NCBI RefSeq assembly: GCF_964204865.1
Contig: NC_135259.1
Location: 14,074,001 to 14,138,000 of the forward strand
DNA length: 64,000 bases
Direction: 5' to 3'
Source of the DNA: Styela clava
Taxonomy: Eukaryota
The notes below the pieces were generated by a model. That model was not told where the DNA came from. It made no database searches and was given only the letters and a program-made list of their open reading frames with translations. This document shows positions 1 through 17,100 of the stretch, in pieces (position 1 is the stretch's first letter; the number at the start of each line of letters is the position of its first letter). The position numbers and the translations under genes are program-made.

Positions 1-193
1 ATCCTATAATCGCGAACGGCAGTAGCTGCCTTAATCTCGTAAACTGCCGGTACAGATTTTTTATGACAACAGTCTTTCAGAACGAAGTGTGAAGTTTTTC
101 ATAAAAAAAGCATAATATATAGCATAATTGTATTCTTTTGCTTTGTGCTTTGTCTGATACTATATTAGTTGGACTAATATCAGTATTTATTTA

Positions 194-429
194 GACACTC
201 CCGAAGTATGTGAACCAAGATGGCGGACACCGGAACGTAGTGTGTGTACCAGCTTAGGGTTAGGCCATAATTTCCTGTACAAATGCTACAGGAGTCACTT
301 GACTAGTCCCCGAACTCGTAATAAAACTAAAATAAAGAAAATTTGAATAAAATTATGGCCTAATCCTAACCTGGTACACATACTACGTTCCAGTGTCCGC
401 CATCTTGGTTCACATACTTCGGGAGTACC
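194..429. mobile_element. MITE with long TIRs and 8-bp TSD (Merlin-like), copy 1
   Basis: Inverted repeat CTCCCGAAGTATGTGAACCAAGATGGCGGACAC / GTGTCCGCCATCTTGGTTCACATACTTCGGGAG; flanks TTTATTTA / TTTCTTTA. Confidence 0.85.
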
Positions 430-446
430 TTTCTTTATTTAGTTTA

Positions 447-4592
<4,146 letters not shown>

Positions 4593-4601
4593 TTCAATAC
4601 C

Positions 4602-4671
4602 CTGGGCAATTATGCCTCAGTTAGTATTAACTAAATATTTCTGTAATATTTTAGTAAGAAAAATAGGTTAC
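4602..4671 (-). other. Probable 70-nt 5'-UTR intron of the cathepsin gene
   Basis: Minus-strand AG|GTAACC donor at 4671 and CCCAG acceptor 9 nt upstream of the ATG. Confidence 0.45.
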
Positions 4672-5060
4672 CTCTAAACTCGCAATATTCAAAACGTAAC
4701 TAGTTCTGTAACAATATTAATGGTTTGGTGCTAGTATGAAAATCCTATTTTTGTATTTGAACGTACCAAAGAAACGACAAACTGTAGTGAGTTTTATTGA
4801 GTCCATTCTTTATTTCAGATATATATAGCATTTATTTCTGATATAATTATAAGTGAATCATAATATTTTTTTAGGTAGAACAGAGTGATTCAAAAGTGAA
4901 CATAACTACATTTTTCAATATATGACTTAATTTGTTTTTTTTTGTGAATTTTGTAATAAGTTGCAACCATCTATTTATCAACTTTATTGTATATCCTAAT
5001 TTGATTTTTGAAAAATTATGAGTTGCTTGGTAAACATATGGCGTCATTGTCATGACGTGT

Positions 5061-5171
5061 ATCAATTGTCATAACAAAAGTATTTGAGTGCTATATGAAA
5101 TGATTTATACTTTGACATCAATTGTCATGACAAAAGTATTTGAGTGCTATATGAAATGATTTATACTTTGA
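5061..5171. repeat. Tandem duplication, ~56-bp unit x2
   Basis: CAATTGTCAT(A/G)ACAAAAGTATTTGAGTGCTATATGAAATGATTTATACTTTGA occurs twice. Confidence 0.9.
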
Positions 5172-6029
5172 TTATTTCACAAATATCATACCAAAAAGAT
5201 TGATCAATTATCAATACAGTTGTCACATCTTAAAAATATAGTTTATTCAATAATTTGACTTCGTCCGGAGGTAAAGATTGATGTGGTATGTACATGGTCC
5301 TTAAGATCGCCCGCGTAATGTAGAGTTGATGTGATTTTTTTATTTTATTATTTCTTATTACATTCACAGATGTATTCACCCAGGAAATGATTATAAAAAA
5401 TAACCTATATAAAATACAACTGACTCACGTTTGCCTCAATCTTTTTTTAATTGATGTTTAATATTGGTCAATAATGAAACACAAATTTGAATTACTCATG
5501 TATGCAAAATAAAGTATTATTCACAAATAATTTAATAAATACACTGGTCTATTGCAATACTAGCAAATGATATACCTCGGGTGTGCTTTTTTACACGTTG
5601 CATTGGTATTGATATAAATAATGTGAATTTACTGCAAATGATAGCAGCGGCGTCTTGTGCAGCGCCTTGGTTCGAGTGTTTTTAATATAAAAAGTTATAT
5701 GAAAAGTAGACCGACGCTTCTGTAACTTTGGAAAAAAAGGTACATTTTGGGTATGTTTTGGGGGGAAGTTGACTTTGATGACCGTCGTATCACTCCCTCT
5801 TGTCTATGATAAACTAATTTATTACCTATTATTAATTTTATTATTACGATGACTGTTATTTTATTTTGGTTGACGAAAAAATAAATCTCTCTCTCTCTCC
5901 ATTTTAAGAACGAAAAATGAAGTTTATTCCCAAACTCTCTTTCAATAGTTGAAACTTTACTTTCTTTCGAAATTTCTGAAACGTGAATATCAGAAAATGC
6001 AGTATTTACCATCACTTATTGTACAAGAT

Positions 6030-6392
6030 GTCCATAAAGTCTCTTTTCACTTGAAAAAACTATCGGTTCACCTGTATATACACAAATCAAATGACAAAAC
6101 GCTGACACGATTACCGCGCTTTCAAACCGTGTTTTATATTCCTTCTCTCATTCCCCGATTTAAGTGATTGAACGAACACCAACTTTTGCAATATAAGGAT
6201 GAATACTGCGTCCATAAAGTCTCTTTTCACTTGAAAAAACTATCAGTTCGCCTGGATATACACAAATCGAATGACAAAACGATACGCTGACACGATTACC
6301 GCGCTCTCAAACCGTGTTTTATTACCTTCTCTCATTCCCCGATTAAGTGATTGAACGAACATCGAACACCATCGTTTGCAATATAAGAATGA
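6030..6392. repeat. Tandem duplication, ~180-bp unit x2, possibly a Tc1/mariner end fragment
   Basis: GTCCATAAAGTCTCTTTTCACTTGAAAAAACTATC... starts at 6030 and again at 6210. The mariner origin is inferred only from resemblance to TACAGGGTGTCCATAAAG-type TIRs. Confidence 0.8.
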
Positions 6393-8134
6393 ATTTAATT
6401 ACCAACTAATGCATGATTCTTTGAAATAAGTGCATTTATATCTAATAGAAAGTGCAGTTTCAACTCTACCAGTGAATATTTAGTGAGTACTCCAATCAAA
6501 AAGCCCTAATAAAGTGTGGGCCAAGGTTGAGGGGATTTATTACAGTATGCTCTATATCGGGGCACTTCAAAATGGCGTTCCCGACCACGTTTAAATTTTT
6601 TCAGCACTAACTTATGTTGGTACAAAATATTGATCAAATTTGAAAGAAATTTAGGAACCAGTACCGAAATAGTGCCAAGATTCGATCTTTTCAGCGAGAA
6701 TATGCAAGCACATCGGTTTCATCAAAGGTATCGTCAATTTCAATATTGATCTTCAATGTTTTCTGTATTATTAAATTTTACTTATTTTTCGCTTCAGTTC
6801 TTGAGGGTCGCAATAAAATTTAGTCGTCTGTGTGCCTACGGTAATTAATCAAAAATGAATCATTATATCAAGATTTGATCTATGCATATATTAAAAGAAA
6901 TGACAAATACTGGTTAAATATTATAGTAACCTGTTTTTTGTTTGTCATGAAATATAAAGAACAGATACCTATTTCCAATTCACAGATGATTCGATTTGTT
7001 AAACAAAATAAAAACTAATTTTATTTTTGTAAGCGTACCGGGATAAACATGCTGGTAAATGCTGCAAGAAGGGACGGAAAAATAGTACTTAACGAACATA
7101 ATATAATGAATAAAACAGTGGAACATATGCTGGAACTCATCGAAAAAACAATGCAATATATAATATTACTTCACACAAGTTTGAACTTTCCATCTATTTA
7201 TAGAAAAAAATGAACATGAAAAAATGAGTCAAGAAATATTGCTAGTGGGACGTATAATCAAATGAAAGTTCTTCAAAATAAGCAATTTTTGTTGAAATTT
7301 TTTGTTAATTTCCGTTGATGATAGAAACATTTTTTATTTTATTTCATATAATTCAAAATAAAAAATCAATATTGCTCCATAATTAGTATACACAGCAGAA
7401 ATCAGTTTTGAAAATACTGAATATTCAAGTCTTAAATACTGACCAAGTACGTTTCAAGACACTCACAATCTGAGATCTATCTATCTATGTCTAATGTTAT
7501 GTGTTGAAAGTACAATTAATAGTGTTTACGATTTGAGTTTTCATGAATTGAAATTTTCAAACTCAAAAACAGTAAAGAAATAAGGATCTTCTACAAAATG
7601 AAATTCAAGTAAAACAGTGATTTTGTGAGAAAATACTGCGTTGTTCCCTTCAAACTTCACCGAGATCAAAAATATTGGGATAAAACTGAAATATTTCAAC
7701 TGGAATTTTTTGTGAGTAAGTTGTCAATATTTTACGCAGAATTGAAAAGATGTCGCATTCCCAATATTTAGGTAGGCGACTAGATTTAATCAAAAAAGCA
7801 ATTAATTTTACTGATTCATATCGGTAATCATAACACAACAAAAACATTGAATCACTATGTTAAAGGGAACAGACACCAAACTACGTTTTTTTTTTTTGAT
7901 TATTTAATGCAGTGCAAAAATATAAAAATGTACGTTGTTCATTGAAGGTATTATTTCTTTTTATTAAAAGAATTTCTCAACTAGGAAATAGCGATCTAGG
8001 TATACCGAAAGTATCGGAGGCCATCTTTAGATCTTGCTTGGAAAATCGTATTATTGGAGAGCTATGCTTGATCTATGAACTATAAAATAATAAACTGAAA
8101 AGTCCAAATTAAAATTAAACTTTGCTGACAATCT

Positions 8135-11100
8135 TCAATTAACGTTATCATAAGGATTTGGTGATTTTTTGTAAGATGGAGGTCGCGATTTTGTATCGTC
8201 GATGACAGAGTGTGGATGCTGGGATTCTGAAACAGATAAAAATCATTTATTTGTAAATTAAAGGAAATTTTGTGGCGCGATGGCCCAACGGTTAAAGTGT
8301 TAAACATAACTGAGTTGGCATCGCACATATCATGTTCAAGTCCCATACCCACCGCCCCCCGGTATGATAAATTTGGTAGGCAACGCCGAAACGGGGGGAG
8401 AGTAGGGTACTCATGAAAATAGTGACCCTTACATATCGTTAGATATTGATGACTTATACAAGTGCTGTCAAATACCGTATTCATCAACAAATTGACTTGT
8501 TTTTCAGAATGAAAAGCGCGGGTAAATGTCGTATAAATAAATTCAAAAATACAGATTTTGTTGTTAGCAAAACGGTTGGATATTAATAGCCCGTAATAAT
8601 ACTGAGATGACGTGGTTAACATTAAAATCAAGTCGCCTTTTTTGACTTTTTCTGGTGGATACTTCATATTTGAAGAAATCACGGTACTGATCGCCTTAGC
8701 GACTCACACGAAAATGGGTTGAGCACAGCCTTGACGAGAGGGGTTGCATTTGCCGGAATAAAAGCAGTGTCCCCACGAATCAAAATAATAAAAAAATAAA
8801 AACATTATGTGAATATCGTATCACATACGAAAAACTTTAAATGTGAAGATAAAAATATTGACAATGGTTATACCTTCATGTTCAAAATCTATGTTAGAAA
8901 GCTCAGTCGACCTTGTTGGCGACGGTTGTGCAGAAGATTGAGAATATGGTGCAGGTGAAGAAGCGTTCTTGGTGTAAGTACCTGTAGCATATTGTCTCAT
9001 TGCTACGTCATCAGCATGCGATATCTTGTGATTACCACGCTTATCTAAATTTTGCATACAACGTGCAAAAGTGAAGTAAAAAAACACTCAACACCAACTA
9101 AACTAGTGGAACTAAAAAAGCCATACACACATTTGAGTTGTCTATTGTCCAACCGGCCTCTCCGAGGCATTTTGTCAGATCTCTGCTCGGGGTGAAGCAG
9201 GGAAACAAGTAAGTACAGGTGCCCCAAAAGCATAGAACCCATCAATAGCTAATATGATTAGTTTTTAGAATATTGGCAAAATCAAACAAATATTATTTGC
9301 ATTCTAAAAATTCCTGGTGAATTTACATCAGTTGTGAAGGGAAATTTAAAATGTGTTTTTTATAATTTAGCAAAAATAATTAGGAATGAGAGAAGGCTTT
9401 TAATCTTTTGCACAAGCTACTCAACCAGTGAAAAACTACGAGTTAAAAACTAGACAATTTCTAGTGGTTTACTAGCATTGCCAAGGAAAATGTAGAGTTT
9501 CGCGTTTCTTATTTTTACATCAAATAGAAACAATAAAGGAGACAAAACTTGGGCGAATCACAAGAGAAAAGCTCGGAGGAGGAGAGAACTTTTTTGCAAA
9601 AAAAGAGAAAAATCAAGCACTGACAGCAAACAAAGATCAAATACCGAATCCGCTACAATTCATCACAATTCACAATGACTTACTCGAACAAGGTCCTTTC
9701 AACACGATAATCACAATGACCGCGATCAGTAAAAGTCCTCCAACTACAGAACAGGCGATTATCACTGCCAAGTTGCTGACAGGTGGTGGTACAGGGTCAA
9801 CTTTGACTGTGGTTGGGGTTTGCTTCGTCGTCACAATGGCTTCAGAAAGCTATCGAATGATAATTTTATGTTTTTTGAATGGTATTTAGTTTCGAGATAT
9901 TGCAAAATTTGACATCACCACAATTCAGCTGCATGTTTACAAATATTTTAAAACTGTCTCGGCGATGGGATTCACATAATTGTTACGAAATAATTTCATA
10001 GAATAATATGCCATTTCGTCCGCCAATCAACTTCTCCGTAAGGTTCCACGGACTGAATGTGAGCTAATTACTATTCCGAGGACGTCATTTTTCTAGTTGA
10101 TTCCAACTAACGGTTCACGGATTAATTATGAAGGAGACAATGTTCTTTGAGGAAATGAAAACACGACAACTTCACTTTGGGTGGGTGCATTCGATCTGCA
10201 CTTCTCAGATGATGATCGTAATTTTGTACAAATTTGCAAACTAAAAAAACGTATCGAAAATAGACTCTCAAGTAATCAACTTACCGTGAATGGATCAGTT
10301 ACAGCGTTTAGCGCCGTTTGTCCAATAGGATAAGTTACAGTGATTTTTAATACAAATGAACCAGCTAGTGAAATGGTCAGATCTGAGAAAAATAAAAATG
10401 AATTTACTGTAAGCATGAATGACATTCAGACATTTGCCTCCTCAAATAGAAAACAATCTGTATCAGACTATTCCGGGATGGCTTCGGAAATTTCGAATTT
10501 CACATCAATTAGACTTACTTTCAAACGATGCAATCCCTTTATCAAACTTAGCTATCGTCGTCCCAGATAATTTTGCAGTGGTATCTCCACTCTGTATTGT
10601 TACTGTTGCTTGCCATTGGTCCCCTTTATGTCCCAGCACAATATTATTCCCAGCATTGTCAATACCAGTAACCTATTGAATGGTAATGTTTATGATTCAT
10701 CAAAACCAAATTAAAAATATAGAATCTATGGTATATGGGTAGTTTCGGTGCATTCATTTGGGGTGCGGTGGTTTGTGTACCAGCTGATTTGGCCATAGCC
10801 TATTATCGACAAGGTTTTAGGCGCCAAATAAATATGACTAAATGAAGAAAATAACATTGCGGTGTAATGATAATGACCTAACTTTATTTCATTTTTTTTA
10901 AGTTACTATATTATTTATTAAACTACCTGCAGTGTCGGTAACATCACTGATTCCGCGTTTCCACCTGCAGGTTGCTGAACAACCTTTAATCCCGCGGGCA
11001 CAAAGTAACCGATTGTTTGATCTTCGTCAGTATCTGTTGTGTTAGTAATATTCGCGTTTCGCTGAATAACATAGAAAACAGAATCATTTGTATGTAGTTA

Positions 11101-14100
11101 ACAAGGAAGCTCTCATTAAGTATTTCTACCGAAAGTATTTACATACCACGGGTGGTTCTCTTGGATCTACAACACTCAACGAATCAACTTCGGTTTCAAG
11201 AGCTTTTGCTAACGTTCCTTGTTGCAATGCATTGGTAATTGAAGACGTGGTTCTGGCAAGATCCTGTGTGAAATGAATATACAATTTAATGAATATACAA
11301 TATGATGGTACAAGTACGACTGTATCTGTCTCAAACATGGAACATGCTGTTTATATTGAAGCCACGTTCGATTTCTACGAAGTAATTCAACTGCCAACCT
11401 AAATAGTTTATCCATCCACGTTTTCATTTTGACTAATATCTGGAAAAAAGGGGAATAAAGCTATATGATATTAATTAAGGCTCGCATTATGATTGCACAA
11501 GTATTTTTTTGCTGGCCCGGTAATAAAAATTATATGCTAGAAAGTTGGAAACCTTAAGCGCATACCTCTAGTGATATTGATGCTGGCGTTGTTCCACCTG
11601 TACCCTGTGAGAAAATTACCAAACTTTAAACCATAATAGCAGCTTTAACTAAAATAGCTGGACCATATATTATTAGAATATTGAAAATTAAATATTACCA
11701 AATACATAACAAACATGATAAACTGGTGCGGGTGCTGTAGGAGTTTTATGTCAACATCAGACAAAATTCCGATTCCGATATTAAAAGTATTCGATTCTTT
11801 TTATAATATCTCATTTCTTAGAATTGTTTCAGAATATCATGGGTGAAATTTTTGTGTGCGAATTTACCGAACATCGTATTTCAATATTTATATCAACTGA
11901 TGTATTAAAGTACCGGTGCTGCTGTTGTGGATTCGTTTGATGTTGACGTCGATTCTTCAACAGTGGCTGCAGGTGGGTCTCCAATTTCAACAGTTGCCTG
12001 TTACATAAAAAACATATGTATGAATATTAAAAACGATAGTCTACAGCAGAGGTCGGCAACCCCTGGCACGCGTGCTAATTGTGGCACGCGAGAGGATTTC
12101 TCATGGCACGCCAATCGATTTGAGCCATATTCAAATATTTATTTTCGTAGTGCGACAAACATTCTACAATTGAACAAAAACATAACAAATCGACAAATTC
12201 ATTGAAAAAACATGCAATATTTAACTGCAATCGACGAGAGGCCGAAATCTGTACCCCATATCGGTGTAGATGAGCGTGTGCAAATTTTTGGAAAACTGAA
12301 AAAGTCGCAAATACCGCGTGCGATTGCTTTTTGCTAAAATTCCTGATTGTTTTTATCAGCGTGACGTGTTATTTAGGTCGTAAACACTTTTAGTTGGTGT
12401 TTATTCTCCCTGAATCACAACAATTATTTCACGACAACGATAATAATTATTTTATTTTTGCCCAGAATTGAAATTCGCTGAGAGTTATTATACAATCAAT
12501 CGAAACTAAATACAATTAGCCATTAGGCATGTTTATCTCATACTTTTACATCAAAAGATTGAGTGGTATTTCAGACTAATAATGTTTATATTTTGACGCA
12601 AGAAGACGTAACCGCGAGTTACGTTGGACACAAAATTATATCAATATAGAAAAAAGTTTTAGATTCTCTTAGCTGTCATGAAATGAATATTTTACTGGAG
12701 AGAAAAATTGGTATACGCTGAAAAAACTTGGCTTTTTTAACGAGCGCGTAATCGCGGCGACTGTTTCATAGCGGAATAGAAATTTTCGGTTTTGAAACAC
12801 CCCTTTTCGAAAATTCTGACTGCGCGCCTGGCTGATTTTCATCATTTCACCGTGAGCTACATGTAACCCTAACAAAAACGATGAAATAAAGGCGCTCCGT
12901 AGTATGTGCACCAAGATGGCGGACACCAGAACGTAGAATGTGTACCAGGTTTGGGTTAGGGCATAATTTTATTCCAATTTTCCTTATTTCAGTTCTATTA
13001 CGAGTTTGGGGACTAGCCAAATGACTCATGTAGTATTTGTACCTGAAATTATGGCCTAACCCTAACCTTGTACACATACTACGTTCCGGTGTTCGCCATC
13101 ATGGTGCACTTACTACGGGAGTACCAAAATAAATTTTATCTTCTTTAGTATTTATAGCTATTTCATTGTTTCTGGCTACAAAACTAATCGCGAGTGGCCC
13201 TAATTAATACCTATTACTTAAGTCGTCCAAACACAGGTCGGATGTAGAAATGCCGTATACCAAAATCTCTCGTAAGCTAGTTTCCATGCACGTTATCCAA
13301 TAAAATGAATTTGTTTCTTATCCGCTTACTATTCAAATCAGGTAGTTGGGTATGCAAACATACACATAAAAATGTTTGGCACGCGAAGGTGCTCAATATT
13401 CATAAACTGGCACGCCGAGCTCAAAAGGTTGCCGACCTCTGGTCTACAGACATGTCAAGATTTCTGTGCAAACAAGACATGTCAAAAATAATCGGGGTTT
13501 ATAAGCCAAAAAATCTAACGTTAACTAGATATAATTTGATTCTAGTTTCATGAGACAAACTTTAGGATGTTTGACGATCGGCGCTTCATGTTTAAATATA
13601 CGAACACGCTTCCCACGCAGTCATTGATGATCGTGTGTTCATATCTTGTGGGGGTCTATTGTGTGCTAGAGGGTTGCTGGATTTATCGCCGTCAGTGTCC
13701 TAAGTAACCGCTGATGGGTTAAGACTTAATTCACCATTGATTTTACACATTCAAAATGAATAACTCGTTGAGTATTCTCATCGACATTGACTGGTAACCG
13801 AACGTGAGATCTTCATTCGTCATATGATTTAGTTGTCTTAACGATTTTACTCTCCCGGAATAAATATGAAAATCTTATTCTATCCAATTATCTTTACTTA
13901 CGCTGTAACTTTCAACGGCTCGTCGTTTTCTACCTGATGTTGATCCTTCACGCACAGCGTTAACAAGTCTAATTTTGCTTTCTGGGATCTGTAATGAAGC
14001 AAACAGATTTGGAATTAGCCGTCTTGATAGTCATAATTTAGAGATGTACCGATGTATCGGTATCGGGTATCGGTATCGGCAATATCGGCCATTTTTTCGG

Positions 14101-17100
14101 TATCGGCCATGTATCGGTATCGGTTAGATTAAGGCCGATATTACCGATATATTTACCTTTTTGATATGGTCCAGAATGTTTTAAAAGATAAGTTGGAATA
14201 CAACCTTTTAATTTATTTTTGTCTGGAGAGATCGTGAGCTATGAGCCATACATGTCCCCACCCCCGCGAAAGCTATTATTTTAGCTATTTATCAGCTAAA
14301 CTAGCTCAACTAATTTGGCTATTTTGGCTGTCAAATTTTTATATTGACATTTTTAATATTACATAGTTTTTATGAAGAAATATATCAACACAGCACATAA
14401 CAAAAAGCAACTAGGCGCCCAGTTTTAAATCATACAGTGGAATTGGGGTCCTTCCTTATTAACGGCACATAGACTTTTGGCACGGGTATAAATTCTGTCT
14501 GTTTGTCGTCAAGTACGAGTGTCATTTAGTCCGTCGACATCGATAAACTAAGTTCCGACACAATTATCCCACTACACAGGTATTAATTTCAATTCTGCTT
14601 AACTACACGATTTCTTTATAGATATATTGACTTGACCGCCCAGCCCTAGACTGTCTCAAAATATATGATAACAATTGTAAAATATTATAAAATAGTGTAG
14701 TAAAAAAACATCCTCAAGGGTTGGTGGGCCTTCTTTTTGTCGGTGCTGATTGATATTCCTTCATGTTGGCTTTGACTTATTGCGTCGACGATTACGATTA
14801 GCCACTAAATTAAATATTTGTAAAATGCTTTTAATTTGAACGTAGGACGGCGGCGCTAGAATGTGTGGGTGATATTCGATATTCTTTTAAACACGAATAA
14901 CGATATTCGAAGCTCACGATATTAACATTAAATTCAAATTGGACATCCCGGCTTATGAGTTTTCTAATTGAACACCGAGATTACTAGCGTTAGTGTACAA
15001 TGTATCTTAATCAGTTACAGCATATGGATACCAAACATTAATTTCGTATTATGTGATATATATATCTTTTTTTTCGATCTGAAATAATGTGTACTATGAC
15101 GACGCTTAAAAACCATTGTTTTAACCCGTCTGCCCTACACAGCATACCTAATTAAGTAATAATTACGTAGTATCGGTATCGGAATATCGGCCTTTTTGTA
15201 GTATCGGCGTATCGGTATCGGTATCGGCGTTTTTAGCTGATATCGGATCGGTATCGGTATCGGCGACAAAAGTGGTATCGGTACATCTCTGAGTCATATC
15301 ACAAAATGAAATGACGAAACATCTTACATCTAAAAACAGTGCCAGATTCTGAATCAATTTCCCATTGTCGAAGAATTCATCAGGAGATACAGCAGGAAGA
15401 TTGAAGGTGATAACAACAACTTCCGCTTCTTTAACCAATACGGGTGTTTCTCCAGACAACGTAATGTGAATAATTTTTGCTGCTCTGTCAAAATAATTTG
15501 TTCCGACATCGTTTGTGATATTCGGTTTGAAGATGGCTGGACTATCAACGGGCGGCGGAGCAAGGACGTCCTGACCTGAAAAAAATAAAGAAGTCTATTA
15601 TGTGTATTTATTTTTATGAGAAATGCCTAAACATTTACTCCGAGTAAAGCTTGCTAAAACCGGCCATTTCCTGCTAAATCTAATTAAAACCAGATTAATG
15701 AATGTGGGATAATAATGGCGTGGGGTTCAATTTTACGGTTTAACCGGCGACACCAATACAATGACATCATAGCGTTTTAACCCCAAGTCAATCACCCATT
15801 TCAGCCGACTTGCACTTCAGCAGCGAAATCGTGGTAAACGTGTTTGGAACATAAACGGAATCTCGAGAAAGATGATTAAAACACTGCAAAACTTTCTACC
15901 ACTGCAGTGTTAATTAACCAAAAGCAAGCCTATTTATTCATTCTAAAGAAACGTACAAATTACTAAATACGCGAACATCATTGTTGAGATGTCTGACTTT
16001 CGCCACGCGTAACGATATAAAATAAAATTAGTAAAAATGTAATGCAAGATTTGAACTATTCATTATGATGACCTGAGACAAATATACTTAATTTTATAGT
16101 TTGTTCTAGAATACTAAAATGATGGATGAGACTTGCCAACTAGTCAACTTGAAATTAATTCAAACCTCTTGTGTCGTCTATTCTCTTACCATTTTCATTC
16201 GTACGAGAGTTCGTCGATTTTACATATTCATTATCGACATAAATATCCAGTCTTTGTGGTCTTGTGTAAAATATTTTCATAACCATTTTTGTGGTGGCTT
16301 CTTCATTTAACATTCTTAATTTGAGTTTTTGAGGGTTGGTTCCTAAGAATACAAATTAAGATGATATCACCAATTTGAAAAATAAACTTGATTTTTAATT
16401 GGCATGCACTATTAGAATTAGTTGGGATAAGCTGGTACCTTTATTGTGGTCTGCATGAAAGGCCCTATATACAATGTAATGTGTGGAACAATGTTTAATC
16501 TTTGAAACTAAATATTTATACTTTTTCGTACTTTTTTAGAACATATAAAAGTTTACTTTCCGTTGAACGGATTCCTTGGGATAGAAGGGAAAAATTAAAA
16601 TTTGTTTTTTCGTATTGTTAAACAAACGTTTATTTTAAGCGGTTTTTCGTCAACATTCACATTGTAATATTATCAGATTTGATGCTATTTCTTTTGCACG
16701 TAACTCCCTAAATAAAAACATTTAGCAAGTATGAAATAATACAACAATCAAAAGTGTTCACCTGAGAAATGCATTTCGTATGTTTTCTCAAACGCAACAA
16801 TTGTCCAGAATGTCGATAATCTTTCTTGGCAAGTGTATCCAGCACACCAACCATGATCTTGTGGTCCTAGAAACAAAATAGAAAATGTTAGGAAATTGTA
16901 TAACAAATTATATGCATTTCCAATATCGTAGCACCAGCGTAATTTTGAAAAATATTTGTCGAAGGTTGCAAATCATTTTTCGTTTTGTAAACCAATTATG
17001 CACCAATGGTGATGATCCGTATGTTAAAGAAACGATGTCCTCTTCAATTCGGACATCGTTTCTTTAATATAATATATGCAGAGATTGCAATTACCGTTAT

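Noticed and set aside
8272-8345. tRNA gene
   Set aside because: A and B boxes are present, but no convincing cloverleaf; a related diverged copy elsewhere points to a SINE head.
8080-8682. Longest ORF in the track (200 aa, minus strand)
   Set aside because: It spans intron and SINE-like sequence and overlaps the fibrocystin-L terminal exon in the wrong frame; no recognisable domain.
14045-15285. TATCGG repeat clusters and the DTDTD-encoding ORF extension, considered as a CRISPR-like array or repeat protein
   Set aside because: They are subterminal repeats of a TIR-bounded hAT element, with no repeat-spacer periodicity, in a eukaryotic context.
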